Assembly (NCBI RefSeq): GCF_000018465.1 | Contig: NC_010085.1 | Location: forward strand, 1,140,001-1,172,000 | Source of the DNA: Nitrosopumilus maritimus SCM1 | GTDB lineage: Archaea > Thermoproteota > Nitrososphaeria > Nitrososphaerales > Nitrosopumilaceae | Direction: 5' to 3' | Length of the DNA: 32,000 nt | In this document: in pieces, positions 1-7,716 of the stretch | Numbering within the stretch: the stretch's first letter is position 1 | Layout of the letters: every line of letters begins with the position of its first letter | Made by a program: the position numbers and the translations under genes | Notes under the pieces: generated by a model | The model's database searches: none | What the model was told of the DNA's origin: nothing | What the model saw: only the letters and a program-made list of their open reading frames with translations

Positions 1-342
1 TCTCAGAGACCTCGAAGTGTAGATCTTAATGTTCTCAGTCAGATGGGCTCTTTTGCAATAATGAAGATAATTCAAGAAGATGATCAGCGCCAAATAGCCT
101 CAGCAACAGAGTCAACTAGCCGTGAATTGATTGCTCAGTTGACCTCACTGAATGTGGGTGATGCAGTTCTAGTAGGACAATGGACAAATTTGCCATCACT
201 AGTACATGTTGAAGAAGTAAAAGAAAAAATCATGGGAGCAGACCAAAGTGCAGTAAATGCTTGGGCCAATGCAGAAAAGATGAAAGAAGTTGCAGTAGAA
301 TCAACACAAGGACTCGTTCAAAAAGATTTGTTATTAGACTGA
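1..342 (+). CDS. herA: HerA-type hexameric ATPase/DNA translocase, C-terminal fragment (5' end lies outside the window)
   Basis: Frame 1 is open from base 1 to the TGA at 340-342. The translation SQRPRSVDLNVLSQMGSFAIMKI... resembles the QRP-x-D-x-VLSQ C-terminal block of HerA/FtsK-like ATPases. The stop overlaps the mre11 ATG by 1 nt, and it sits immediately upstream of mre11-rad50. Confidence 0.7.
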   Translation, partial: SQRPRSVDLNVLSQMGSFAIMKIIQEDDQRQIASATESTSRELIAQLTSLNVGDAVLVGQWTNLPSLVHVEEVKEKIMGADQSAVNAWANAEKMKEVAVESTQGLVQKDLLLD

Positions 343-1484
343 TGCAGTTTTCACATATTTCAGATACTCATTTAGGATTAGTACAGTATGGTTCAGAAGA
401 ACGTGCACAAGATGTCTATGATGTGTTTAACCAAGCAATTGACACGTCAATTAAAGATCATGTTGATTTTGTAATATTTGCAGGGGACATTTTTCATGTT
501 CCAAATCCAAACGGCACTGCAATTGTACAGATGGCAAATGGGTTAAAGCGATTAAAACAAAACAACATAGATTCATTTTTCATTTTAGGAGAACATGATA
601 TTAGTAGAATTAGAACAACACCCATTCCCTATGTATACCACAATTTAGAATTCTCAAAGTATATTGGTCAAGGAAAACCAATAGAGTACAAAGGAGTTCT
701 TCTTGCAGGTTTTGATAAGATAAGAAAAACAGAAATTCCTCAATACGAAGAAAAGTTTGCAGAAGTAGACAAAGCTGCTCAAAACTTTTCAGGACATAAA
801 ATTTTAGTTTTACATCAAGGCATAACAGAGTTTAACAAATTTGCAGGAGAGTTGCAATCAACTGATCTTCCAAAAAATTTTACATATTATGCAATGGGGC
901 ATCTTCATGATACAGATGTTAAAAAATTCAATCATCTAAATGGACCAATTGCATATCCGGGTTCAATTGAACTTACAACAAGTGAAGGAATCAAAGAAAC
1001 AAAGAAAGGATTCTTCGAAGTAGATATTTCAGGACAAGAAGCAAATCCAAACTGGATTGAACTTGATACAAGACCACAGTTTTCATTCAAGACAGATTAT
1101 CAAGAGATATCAAAGACCATAGATGAAATTTCAGAGAAAATTACTAGTCTTTCAAAAAAGCCTATCGTGGAGGTCAACATTCAAGGTGAAAACATAGAGA
1201 CGGACCACATCCAGGCACAAATTGCCAGGCTCAACTCCATAGTTTTGAGATGTTTTTGGCGAATCAGTACAAAGCAAGTTTCAGATTCATCAGTATTCCT
1301 AGACAAACCAAACATCATAGATGATGAGATGTTTAGACTTTCAGTTGATGCATTAGGCTCAGAGCAGGCTGCCAATCTTGCCATCAAGGAACTTCTACCA
1401 GTTTTATCATCAGGACAAATTCAAGAAGCATCGCAGATAATCATTGAAAATTTTGAAAAATTCAAAAAGGAGAGAAAACAATGA
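342..1484 (+). CDS. mre11: Mre11 DNA double-strand-break repair nuclease (calcineurin-like phosphoesterase)
   Basis: The phosphoesterase motifs occur in order: MQFSHISDTHLG (DxH), FAGDIFH (GDxxH), GEHD, VLHQG, MGHLH (GHxH). I take the start at ATG 342, not the track start at 261, which overlaps herA. The ATGA overlap with rad50 is at 1481-1484. Confidence 0.9.
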   Translation: MQFSHISDTHLGLVQYGSEERAQDVYDVFNQAIDTSIKDHVDFVIFAGDIFHVPNPNGTAIVQMANGLKRLKQNNIDSFFILGEHDISRIRTTPIPYVYHNLEFSKYIGQGKPIEYKGVLLAGFDKIRKTEIPQYEEKFAEVDKAAQNFSGHKILVLHQGITEFNKFAGELQSTDLPKNFTYYAMGHLHDTDVKKFNHLNGPIAYPGSIELTTSEGIKETKKGFFEVDISGQEANPNWIELDTRPQFSFKTDYQEISKTIDEISEKITSLSKKPIVEVNIQGENIETDHIQAQIARLNSIVLRCFWRISTKQVSDSSVFLDKPNIIDDEMFRLSVDALGSEQAANLAIKELLPVLSSGQIQEASQIIIENFEKFKKERKQ

Positions 1485-3562
1485 TCACATCAATTGAATT
1501 GGGGGATTTTTTAGCACATTCAGATACAAAACTAGAGTTTGATAACGGGGTAACTGTTTTTGTAGGACATAACGGTGCAGGAAAATCAAGTATTATTGAT
1601 GCAATTACATTTGCATTGTTTGGACAACATACAAGAAAATCAAACAAAGGGTTAATCAAACGTGGTGCAAATCAAGGATATTCCAAAGTAAATTTTTCAG
1701 TTAATGGAAAATCCTTTGAAGCTGTAAGAAAGATTGACAGTAAAGGAACTCTTTCAGCAAAATTCACTGAAATTGTAGGAGATGAAAAAATAGAGATTGC
1801 AGCAGGTGAACGAAAACAGTTTGGGGAATCAATGACTCAAGAAGTTGAAAAAGCAATTGGATTAGACTTTGAAAAATTAAAAGTTGCATCAATTGTACAA
1901 CAAGGAGAATTAAATGCAATAATCAATGCAAAACCAAAAGAGTTCAAAGAATTGCTGAATGCAATCATAGGGATTGACAAGCTTGATGTTGCTTCTGAAT
2001 CAATGAAGACCGTAAACAAAGAATTTCGTGAAAGCATTAGATCAAGAATTGGATATGATGATACACATATCGATATTTTGTCAAGAGAATTAGAAAAATA
2101 TCAAAACGAAATCAAGGAATCAGAGCCCCAAAAAATTCAATTAGAAAATAAACAAAAACAATTACAGAGTGAAGTTGAAGAGTTAAGGAAAAAAGTGGAA
2201 ACTGAAGCCCCAAAAATTGACAAACTCAATCAACTTGAAGCAAGAAAAAGAGAGTTAATTGAATATGCAAAAGAGGCAATTCATGAGATTCAGCAAGAAA
2301 TAAGCGAAAATGAGCGTAAAATACGTGATTGTGAGGGATGTTTTGAGTACGCTAGCCTCAAAGAGGATTTAGAGTCCAAAATTCAAAAAGTTGAGCAGGC
2401 AGTAGAGGAGACATTAAAGAAAATACAAGAGATGAAAAGCCAAACTGCATCGCTTAGAGAAAAGCAATCACTTGCTACAAAACTCCAGCTCAAGGACAAT
2501 AAATGTCCAGTATGTGATTCAGATGTAGAAAAGCTAAATCCATTATTCCAAGAAGAACACCTTAAACAAGAACTAAAAACACTTCAAGATCAAATTATCT
2601 TAAAAGAAAAAGAGCATCAGATGTACAATCAAAAAAGAAATGAATTCTCAGAAAAACTACAATCAGCAAGAGATGCAGAAGCAACCCTCAGAGCTCATTC
2701 AATTTCATCCAAAGAAGAATTAGATAAGATTCAAGAAGAAGTTAAGATAAAAAAAGAAAACATACAAAAAATTCCTTCAACTAATAATTCAAATTTAATT
2801 GAAATATCACAGATTGACTCTCATGCAAAGACAATTTTTGAAAATATTTCACAATTAGAATCAGAAACAAAGGGATTTGATGAGCAAGAATTCATTAATC
2901 TTAAAAAAAGTGTTAACGAAAAACAGATGAAACTATCAAATATTGATCAACAAATAGGAGCAATTTTAGAAAAGATTTCAAAAGGAGTTGAGCAAATCAA
3001 AATTTTTGAAAATGCAATTTCAGAATTAAAAGTTGTAAAAGAATATGTTACAAATCTTGATGATATACAGAATAATGTATTTAGCAGAGACGGTCCAGTA
3101 GCTACAAGTTTGAGATCATGGGCACTGAATGCAATTTCAGCAAAAGCATCAGAGTATCTTGCGTTACTTAACACAAAAATTCAAAGAATTCAACTTACTG
3201 AAAAGACAAGAGATATTTCAATAATATGTAATTCAAAGAGTGAGGAGTTAGATTTGGAATCACTTAGCGGAGGAGAAAAGGTCAGCGTAGCATTATCATT
3301 ACGATTGGGTATGGCAAATCTACTTGGAGGATCAAATCTTAACTTGATGATTCTAGATGAGCCTACAACCCACCTTGATGCTGAGAGAAAAAAATCACTA
3401 GTTAGTGTGCTGTCGCAGTTATCAAATATTTCAAATTCAGAAACACCAATGCAATTTATCATAATTACGCACGATGCAGAGATTTTTGAAGATTCTACAG
3501 TGGAACAAATTTACAAATTTGAATCATCTGAGCAAGGTAGCAGAGTCACATTACTCAATTGA
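1481..3562 (+). CDS. rad50: Rad50 SMC-like ATPase
   Basis: Walker A GHNGAGKSS, a long coiled-coil-like K/E/Q-rich middle, zinc hook CPVC (KDNKCPVCDSD), ABC signature LSGGEKV, and Walker B/D-loop LMILDEPTTHLD. Confidence 0.93.
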   Translation: MITSIELGDFLAHSDTKLEFDNGVTVFVGHNGAGKSSIIDAITFALFGQHTRKSNKGLIKRGANQGYSKVNFSVNGKSFEAVRKIDSKGTLSAKFTEIVGDEKIEIAAGERKQFGESMTQEVEKAIGLDFEKLKVASIVQQGELNAIINAKPKEFKELLNAIIGIDKLDVASESMKTVNKEFRESIRSRIGYDDTHIDILSRELEKYQNEIKESEPQKIQLENKQKQLQSEVEELRKKVETEAPKIDKLNQLEARKRELIEYAKEAIHEIQQEISENERKIRDCEGCFEYASLKEDLESKIQKVEQAVEETLKKIQEMKSQTASLREKQSLATKLQLKDNKCPVCDSDVEKLNPLFQEEHLKQELKTLQDQIILKEKEHQMYNQKRNEFSEKLQSARDAEATLRAHSISSKEELDKIQEEVKIKKENIQKIPSTNNSNLIEISQIDSHAKTIFENISQLESETKGFDEQEFINLKKSVNEKQMKLSNIDQQIGAILEKISKGVEQIKIFENAISELKVVKEYVTNLDDIQNNVFSRDGPVATSLRSWALNAISAKASEYLALLNTKIQRIQLTEKTRDISIICNSKSEELDLESLSGGEKVSVALSLRLGMANLLGGSNLNLMILDEPTTHLDAERKKSLVSVLSQLSNISNSETPMQFIIITHDAEIFEDSTVEQIYKFESSEQGSRVTLLN

Positions 3563-3575
3563 GCACAAACTAAGG

Positions 3576-3610
3576 CATACCGCAAAAGGATTGGTATTAT
3601 GATATATCAC
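3576..3610 (+). promoter_or_regulatory. Copy A of the 35-bp module: inverted repeat ATACC-N11-GGTAT followed by a TATA-like ATATAT
   Basis: The sequence is CATACCGCAAAAGGATTGGTATTATGATATATCAC, matching copy C at 32/35 positions. The TATA centre lies about 24 nt upstream of ATG 3628, which is leaderless-type geometry. Confidence 0.5.
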
Positions 3611-3627
3611 CACTCGTGTTGTACTCT

Positions 3628-4143
3628 ATGAATCAACAAACACTCACATCAGGAAAAGAAAACGACAGTAGTTTTTTAGAGTCATCTTCTAGTCGTTGCT
3701 TTTCATTCGTTTTTTCCTTACCAAACGAGACCGTCAATACCCCTGCATCTGATGTGAGGTTTGTTTTTTCAAATACAAAACCCATAGACATCAGATTTTT
3801 CTTAGATGATAATGGAGAGATTCATTCTAGTTTAAGAATAGTTCCAGAATCAAAACAGAAAACAAAACAAGAAAATATGTTGATCTCTAAAAAAGAGATA
3901 AAAGAAAATAATGAAAAAACATTAGAAGAAATTAAGAATACATCAATAGAAAAAATAGATTTAGAGTCTACGCCAGAAATACCAAAAGTTCGAAAGAGAG
4001 GAAGACCAAAGGGTTCTAAAAACAAGAAAACAAAAACAATTCCAGATGAAAAGAAATTTCAGCAAGAATGGTTTGAGACAAATGCAGAGTTTAAAGCAAG
4101 AGTTGCTGAAGAGATGAAAGTAATTAACGCTCAAGCAGCATAG
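3628..4143 (+). CDS. Hypothetical protein with a canonical AT-hook (KRGRPKGSKNKK); putative DNA-binding protein
   Basis: The ORF is 3616..4143. I prefer ATG 3628 (MNQQ...) over GTG 3616 because of the TATA spacing. It has an RGRP core flanked by K/R at about 3985-4025, and a Lys/Glu-rich low-complexity C-terminal half. I recognise no other domain. Confidence 0.55.
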   Translation: MNQQTLTSGKENDSSFLESSSSRCFSFVFSLPNETVNTPASDVRFVFSNTKPIDIRFFLDDNGEIHSSLRIVPESKQKTKQENMLISKKEIKENNEKTLEEIKNTSIEKIDLESTPEIPKVRKRGRPKGSKNKKTKTIPDEKKFQQEWFETNAEFKARVAEEMKVINAQAA

Positions 4144-4196
4144 GTGATAAAAAATTTAATTAAATAAATGCATACAGGTAACTAAATTGGGGCAAA

Positions 4197-5837
4197 ATGG
4201 CATTAGGAAAAAATAAAATTTTATGGGGATTATTAGGATTAATCATAATATCGGTTATAGTCACAGGATTCTACATTAATGATTTTACAAAAACAAACAT
4301 TCGTGAATCACTAATTGAAGAAAAAACTGAAATCCAAATGATTATGACCAAAAGTCTTGCAGCATCTGTTAATTCAGAGTTTCAGAGACTTTTGACAGAT
4401 ATGAAAACTATTTCAGAATCTGCACAAGTTCAAGAAAGTCTAACAAGTAGTCAAACACAAGAATATCTTTCAAACAGATGGAATAATATTAATTCAATTA
4501 CAAAGATCTCAGACATATTTTTGACAGATGACTCACTTACAATAGTATCACAGGTAAATGATGAAAAATTTCGCCTAGTGGGATTAAATTTGCAAAATAT
4601 TCAATCTAGTGAAGAATTCAAGGCTAAACCAGGGTATTCAGGAGAGATATTTAGCACAGATGGGATTTATCGAGTACTTGTATCAAGCCCAATTATTGAT
4701 TCAGAATCAGGGGAATTCAAAGGGATTGTGTTTGGGATAGTTGAACCATCAGAAATCATCTCAAAATATATCGGAATTTATGAAATTGACATATCATCGA
4801 TTACCATATTTGATGAAAATCAAAAAATCCTATTTGCTGAAAATACTGATTTACTTGGAAAAGAATTTTCAAGTTATTTTGCACAAAGATATTTTGGGGA
4901 AAATGAAATTCAAAATTCTCATTATGAAAATATTTTCTTAGGAAATACAGATTCATTTGTGTATGAAGCACATAGATTTGGAGATGTGATAAGCACAGGA
5001 ACTCCTGTATCAATAGAAGAAAAAAACAGATTCTTTTTCTTTGTAACAACTCCAGTAAATCAAATAGTTGAAGATATTGAAGACAATCTATTTGTTGAGG
5101 ATCTAAAGAATAATTTAATTTTATTTATAATAACAATTTTGTTTATTGTGATTGTCATTAAACGAGTTAGATCGATTGAAAATGAAAAACTGTTAGTCAT
5201 AGGACAGCTTGCATCAAACATTGCACATGATATAAGAAATCCTCTTGGAACTATACGTAGTTCAGTTACAAGAATTGAGAAACAAAATGAAACAATAAAT
5301 GAAACAATAAATCAAGAAACAGAAAGAATCAAACGCTCAGTTGCAAGAATGAATCACCAAGTAGAAAGTGTCTTAAATTATGTAAGAACAACTCCCCTCA
5401 ATTTATCTGAAAACTCACTAAATGATTTAATTCAATCATCTATAAACTCACTTGTCATCCCAAAAAATATTGAACTTAACATTCCAAAAGAAGACATAAA
5501 ATTTGAATGTGATTCAGATAAATTCAAAGTTGTTTTTGAGAATCTACTGCTAAATGCAGTTCAGTCAATTGATTCAAAAGAAGGTAAAATTAGCATAAAT
5601 TCAAACCAAAACGAAAAAGAAATTACAATATCATTTGAGAATTCGGGTCCAAATATTACAGAAGAAAACATTTCAAAAATTTTCAGGCCACTCTTTACCT
5701 CAAAACTTAAAGGAACAGGACTTGGTCTTTCAAGTTGCCAGAACATTATCACGCAACATCAAGGTACAATTTTGGTGACAAATAATCCAGTAACATTTAC
5801 CATTAAAATCCCAAAAAATTTAAGGAAAGAAAAGTAA
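4197..5837 (+). CDS. Sensor histidine kinase with an extracytoplasmic sensor domain between two TM helices
   Basis: N-terminal TM (ILWGLLGLIIISVIVTGFYI), then about 270 aa of Cache-like region, then a second TM (LILFIITILFIVIVI). H-box LASNIAHDIRNPLG, N-box LLLNAVQS, G-box GTGLGLS. A GGGG SD-like element precedes the ATG. Confidence 0.88.
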   Translation: MALGKNKILWGLLGLIIISVIVTGFYINDFTKTNIRESLIEEKTEIQMIMTKSLAASVNSEFQRLLTDMKTISESAQVQESLTSSQTQEYLSNRWNNINSITKISDIFLTDDSLTIVSQVNDEKFRLVGLNLQNIQSSEEFKAKPGYSGEIFSTDGIYRVLVSSPIIDSESGEFKGIVFGIVEPSEIISKYIGIYEIDISSITIFDENQKILFAENTDLLGKEFSSYFAQRYFGENEIQNSHYENIFLGNTDSFVYEAHRFGDVISTGTPVSIEEKNRFFFFVTTPVNQIVEDIEDNLFVEDLKNNLILFIITILFIVIVIKRVRSIENEKLLVIGQLASNIAHDIRNPLGTIRSSVTRIEKQNETINETINQETERIKRSVARMNHQVESVLNYVRTTPLNLSENSLNDLIQSSINSLVIPKNIELNIPKEDIKFECDSDKFKVVFENLLLNAVQSIDSKEGKISINSNQNEKEITISFENSGPNITEENISKIFRPLFTSKLKGTGLGLSSCQNIITQHQGTILVTNNPVTFTIKIPKNLRKEK

Positions 5838-5847
5838 TCGGATAGAA

Positions 5848-6222
5848 TTGGAAAGAGCCACTAAGATCCTACTAGTAGATGATGACTCAGATTACTTGGA
5901 AGTTACACAGTTAATGTTAATGGATGAAGGTTATGATGTCATACCTGCCATCAATGGAGAAGACGGCATAACAAAATTTCGAGAATCAAAGCCAGATATC
6001 GTATTCTTAGACATAAAGATGCCAGGAATTGATGGATATGAAGCATTTTTTCGAATAAAAAAGATAGATTCAGATGCAAAAATTGTGTTTGCGTCAAGCT
6101 ATGCATTAGAAAATGAAAAATACAAAAAAGCAAAAGAGATGGATTTGTGTGGAATCATTAACAAACCTGCAGATTTTGATGAGTATGAAAAAATGATAAA
6201 AAAATATGCAAAAAACGATTAA
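5848..6222 (+). CDS. Single-domain response regulator (CheY-like receiver, no output domain)
   Basis: ILLVDDDSD acidic pocket, phospho-acceptor context VFLDIKMPGIDG, and a conserved S (VFASS) and K (INKP). Only a TTG at 5848 keeps the acidic pocket. It lies 10 nt downstream of the kinase stop. Confidence 0.85.
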   Translation: MERATKILLVDDDSDYLEVTQLMLMDEGYDVIPAINGEDGITKFRESKPDIVFLDIKMPGIDGYEAFFRIKKIDSDAKIVFASSYALENEKYKKAKEMDLCGIINKPADFDEYEKMIKKYAKND

Positions 6223-7073
6223 AAAATTCCAGAGTTTTTCAAGATTTTAGTTCTATCTTTAAAATAGAGTTCAGATTCCTTAAAAAATTCCTTATACCAA
6301 GTTGCAATTTCTTTGTCCTTTTTAAAAATTGCATGTAATTTTTCAACGCCAGAAAGAGTATTTTTCCCCTTTCTTTGATTTTGATATAGAATACAAGTGT
6401 AAAACCAGTACGAGATTTGTTCAGAAAGATCTTTTTCAGAAATGAATTCATAAAATTTTCTATATTTGAAATTCAAATATGACATTAGTTCATACAAAGG
6501 TGATTTTTCCAAAGATAGTTCAGGATTATCAAGTAGTAATCCTCTTGCAAGAATTTGAATTTTATAAACATCATCATCTACTAGGGATTTTAGAAATTCC
6601 CATTTTCCAAAAAGTTTTGGCATAAAAATAGCATATTTTGCTGCCATTTGATCAATTTCTTTTTTACTTAAATTCAAGACATCAAGACAATAAAGAATTC
6701 CTGGAAGTGATAGTCGGTATGTATCAGAATATCCTTTGTTGAACTTTTGACCATCGTTAATTACTAAACCTAATTCCATTATTCCAGAAGAGTGTTTACC
6801 TCTATCAGTACGTCCTTTGATTAATCGTCTATACTCTTTTTCTTTTGTTCTAATTGTAGAAACATCATTTGGATGTTTTATCTTTGCCATTTCCCATGTA
6901 GTACAAGTTCCATGAAGAAACAACACATGTAACAATTTTTGGACATTTTCATGATGTTTGATTTTTTTAATTGAAGAGAACCTATCACCATAAAGTCTAT
7001 GAACAGTGGGCCTAAGATAGAATTTGTATGAATATAGATTTCCATATTTTGTAGTATTTTCTTCTGTAGACAT
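6219..7073 (-). CDS. Hypothetical protein; the N-terminal segment looks like a winged helix-turn-helix and the C-terminal ~170 aa look helical
   Basis: An uninterrupted 284-aa ORF with an ATG start. The segment VQKLLHVLFLHGTCTTWEMAKI...TIRTKEKEYRRLIKG...LGLVINDGQ has a helix-turn-helix-wing pattern; this is a by-eye judgement only. I recognise no family. Its start codon is the CAT of motif copy B. Confidence 0.65.
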   Translation of the reverse strand: MSTEENTTKYGNLYSYKFYLRPTVHRLYGDRFSSIKKIKHHENVQKLLHVLFLHGTCTTWEMAKIKHPNDVSTIRTKEKEYRRLIKGRTDRGKHSSGIMELGLVINDGQKFNKGYSDTYRLSLPGILYCLDVLNLSKKEIDQMAAKYAIFMPKLFGKWEFLKSLVDDDVYKIQILARGLLLDNPELSLEKSPLYELMSYLNFKYRKFYEFISEKDLSEQISYWFYTCILYQNQRKGKNTLSGVEKLHAIFKKDKEIATWYKEFFKESELYFKDRTKILKNSGIF

Positions 7074-7105
7074 ACCGCAAATGGATTGGTATTGTCATAT
7101 ATAAC
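7071..7105. promoter_or_regulatory. Copy B of the 35-bp ATACC-N11-GGTAT + TATA module; overlaps the start codon of the minus-strand gene
   Basis: The sequence is CATACCGCAAATGGATTGGTATTGTCATATATAAC, matching copy C at 34/35. On the minus strand the symmetric TATA (7096-7104) lies about 27 nt upstream of ATG 7073. Confidence 0.5.
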
Positions 7106-7246
7106 AATTATCTAAATTAATCAAACGCCCCAAATGACAGCCAGGTCGATTTTTTTATGGCCCGGCAGTCCTATTTCGTTCCTAATTTTCCAAAATAATT
7201 TAAAAAAATATACAACGTAAAAATTCATTCAAAATCAATCAAAAGC

Positions 7247-7281
7247 CATACCGCAAATGGATTGGTATTGTCATATATCAC
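7247..7281 (+). promoter_or_regulatory. Copy C of the 35-bp ATACC-N11-GGTAT + TATA module
   Basis: The sequence is CATACCGCAAATGGATTGGTATTGTCATATATCAC. It is followed by a 9-bp-stem hairpin (7315-7340), a conserved 12-mer AGTCCTATTTCG (7339-7350), GGAG (7350-7353) and ATG 7360. Confidence 0.5.
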
Positions 7282-7359
7282 TTATCTGTAGTAATAATAG
7301 AAATTCATGTTATCCTTGGGGGGAAGAAATTCCTCCCAAGTCCTATTTCGGAGAAAAAA

Positions 7360-7488
7360 ATGCCAAATACAATATGCAGAACATGCGGAATCGAAATATG
7401 GGAATCGTATAATTATTGTTCAAAACACATGCCAGAATTTTTAGATTGTTTCTACAAAAATTTACAATCACAAAAAACATTCAGATAA
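7360..7488 (+). CDS. Zinc-ribbon microprotein, 42 aa (below the ORF-track cutoff)
   Basis: Translation: MPNTICRTCGIEIWESYNYCSKHMPEFLDCFYKNLQSQKTFR. It has CxxC-x10-CxxH plus a Cys 10 residues later. GGAG lies 6 nt upstream of the ATG. The Cys spacing matches the ORF at 7556. Confidence 0.5.
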   Translation: MPNTICRTCGIEIWESYNYCSKHMPEFLDCFYKNLQSQKTFR

Positions 7489-7503
7489 AAAACTAATCAA
7501 TAG

Positions 7504-7535
7504 CATACCGCATTAACTTCAATTAATCTTTAAAA
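7504..7535 (+). promoter_or_regulatory. Partial copy D: CATACCGCA half-element plus TTTAAAA TATA-like box
   Basis: CATACCGCA is at 7504-7512. TTTAAAA (7529-7535) sits at the same 25-26 nt offset from the half-element as ATATAT does in copies A-C. The TATA centre lies about 24 nt upstream of ATG 7556. The second half-site GGTAT is absent. Confidence 0.3.
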
Positions 7536-7555
7536 CCAAAATTTACATAACAATC

Positions 7556-7702
7556 ATGAAAGAAAATCAAAAATTATGTATTATCTGTAATCACTCTTCA
7601 AGAGTAACAGATCCTTGGTGCGTTAATTGTGGAACAGATTTTTCAATCTGTTTTCATCAAACACAATCTAGATTTATCCACACTGTAAGATTAATGAATT
7701 AA
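7556..7702 (+). CDS. Zinc-ribbon microprotein, 48 aa (below the ORF-track cutoff)
   Basis: Translation: MKENQKLCIICNHSSRVTDPWCVNCGTDFSICFHQTQSRFIHTVRLMN. It has CxxC-x10-CxxC plus a conserved CF 10 residues later, the same register as the 7360 ORF. Promoter geometry is leaderless-type. Confidence 0.5.
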   Translation: MKENQKLCIICNHSSRVTDPWCVNCGTDFSICFHQTQSRFIHTVRLMN

Positions 7703-7716
7703 GTTATTAGAATAAA

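Noticed and set aside
261-341. N-terminal extension of the Mre11 ORF (track start 261)
   Set aside because: It overlaps the herA coding frame and encodes non-Mre11-like sequence. The conserved motif I (HISDTHLG) follows ATG 342, which overlaps the herA stop.
1181-4025. Short antisense ORFs inside mre11, rad50 and the AT-hook gene (1181-1387, 1462-1659, 1837-2037, 2947-3174, 3190-3462, 3822-4025)
   Set aside because: These are typical shadow ORFs of AT-rich, K/E-rich coding sequence. They have no motifs and no independent start context.
3576-7281. The 35-bp direct repeats as att sites of an integrated mobile element
   Set aside because: There is no integrase, transposase or tRNA target. The repeats are positioned at promoter distance from start codons, and a fourth partial copy keeps the TATA register. 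A regulatory module is more parsimonious, but low GC means horizontal origin is not excluded.
7134-7444. Alternative small ORFs 7134-7220 (28 aa) and 7307-7444 (45 aa) starting near the predicted TSS of motif copies B and C
   Set aside because: The conserved 12-mer AGTCCTATTTCG is read in different frames in the two ORFs. The peptides share no similarity, and the zinc-ribbon frame has SD support and a paralogue.
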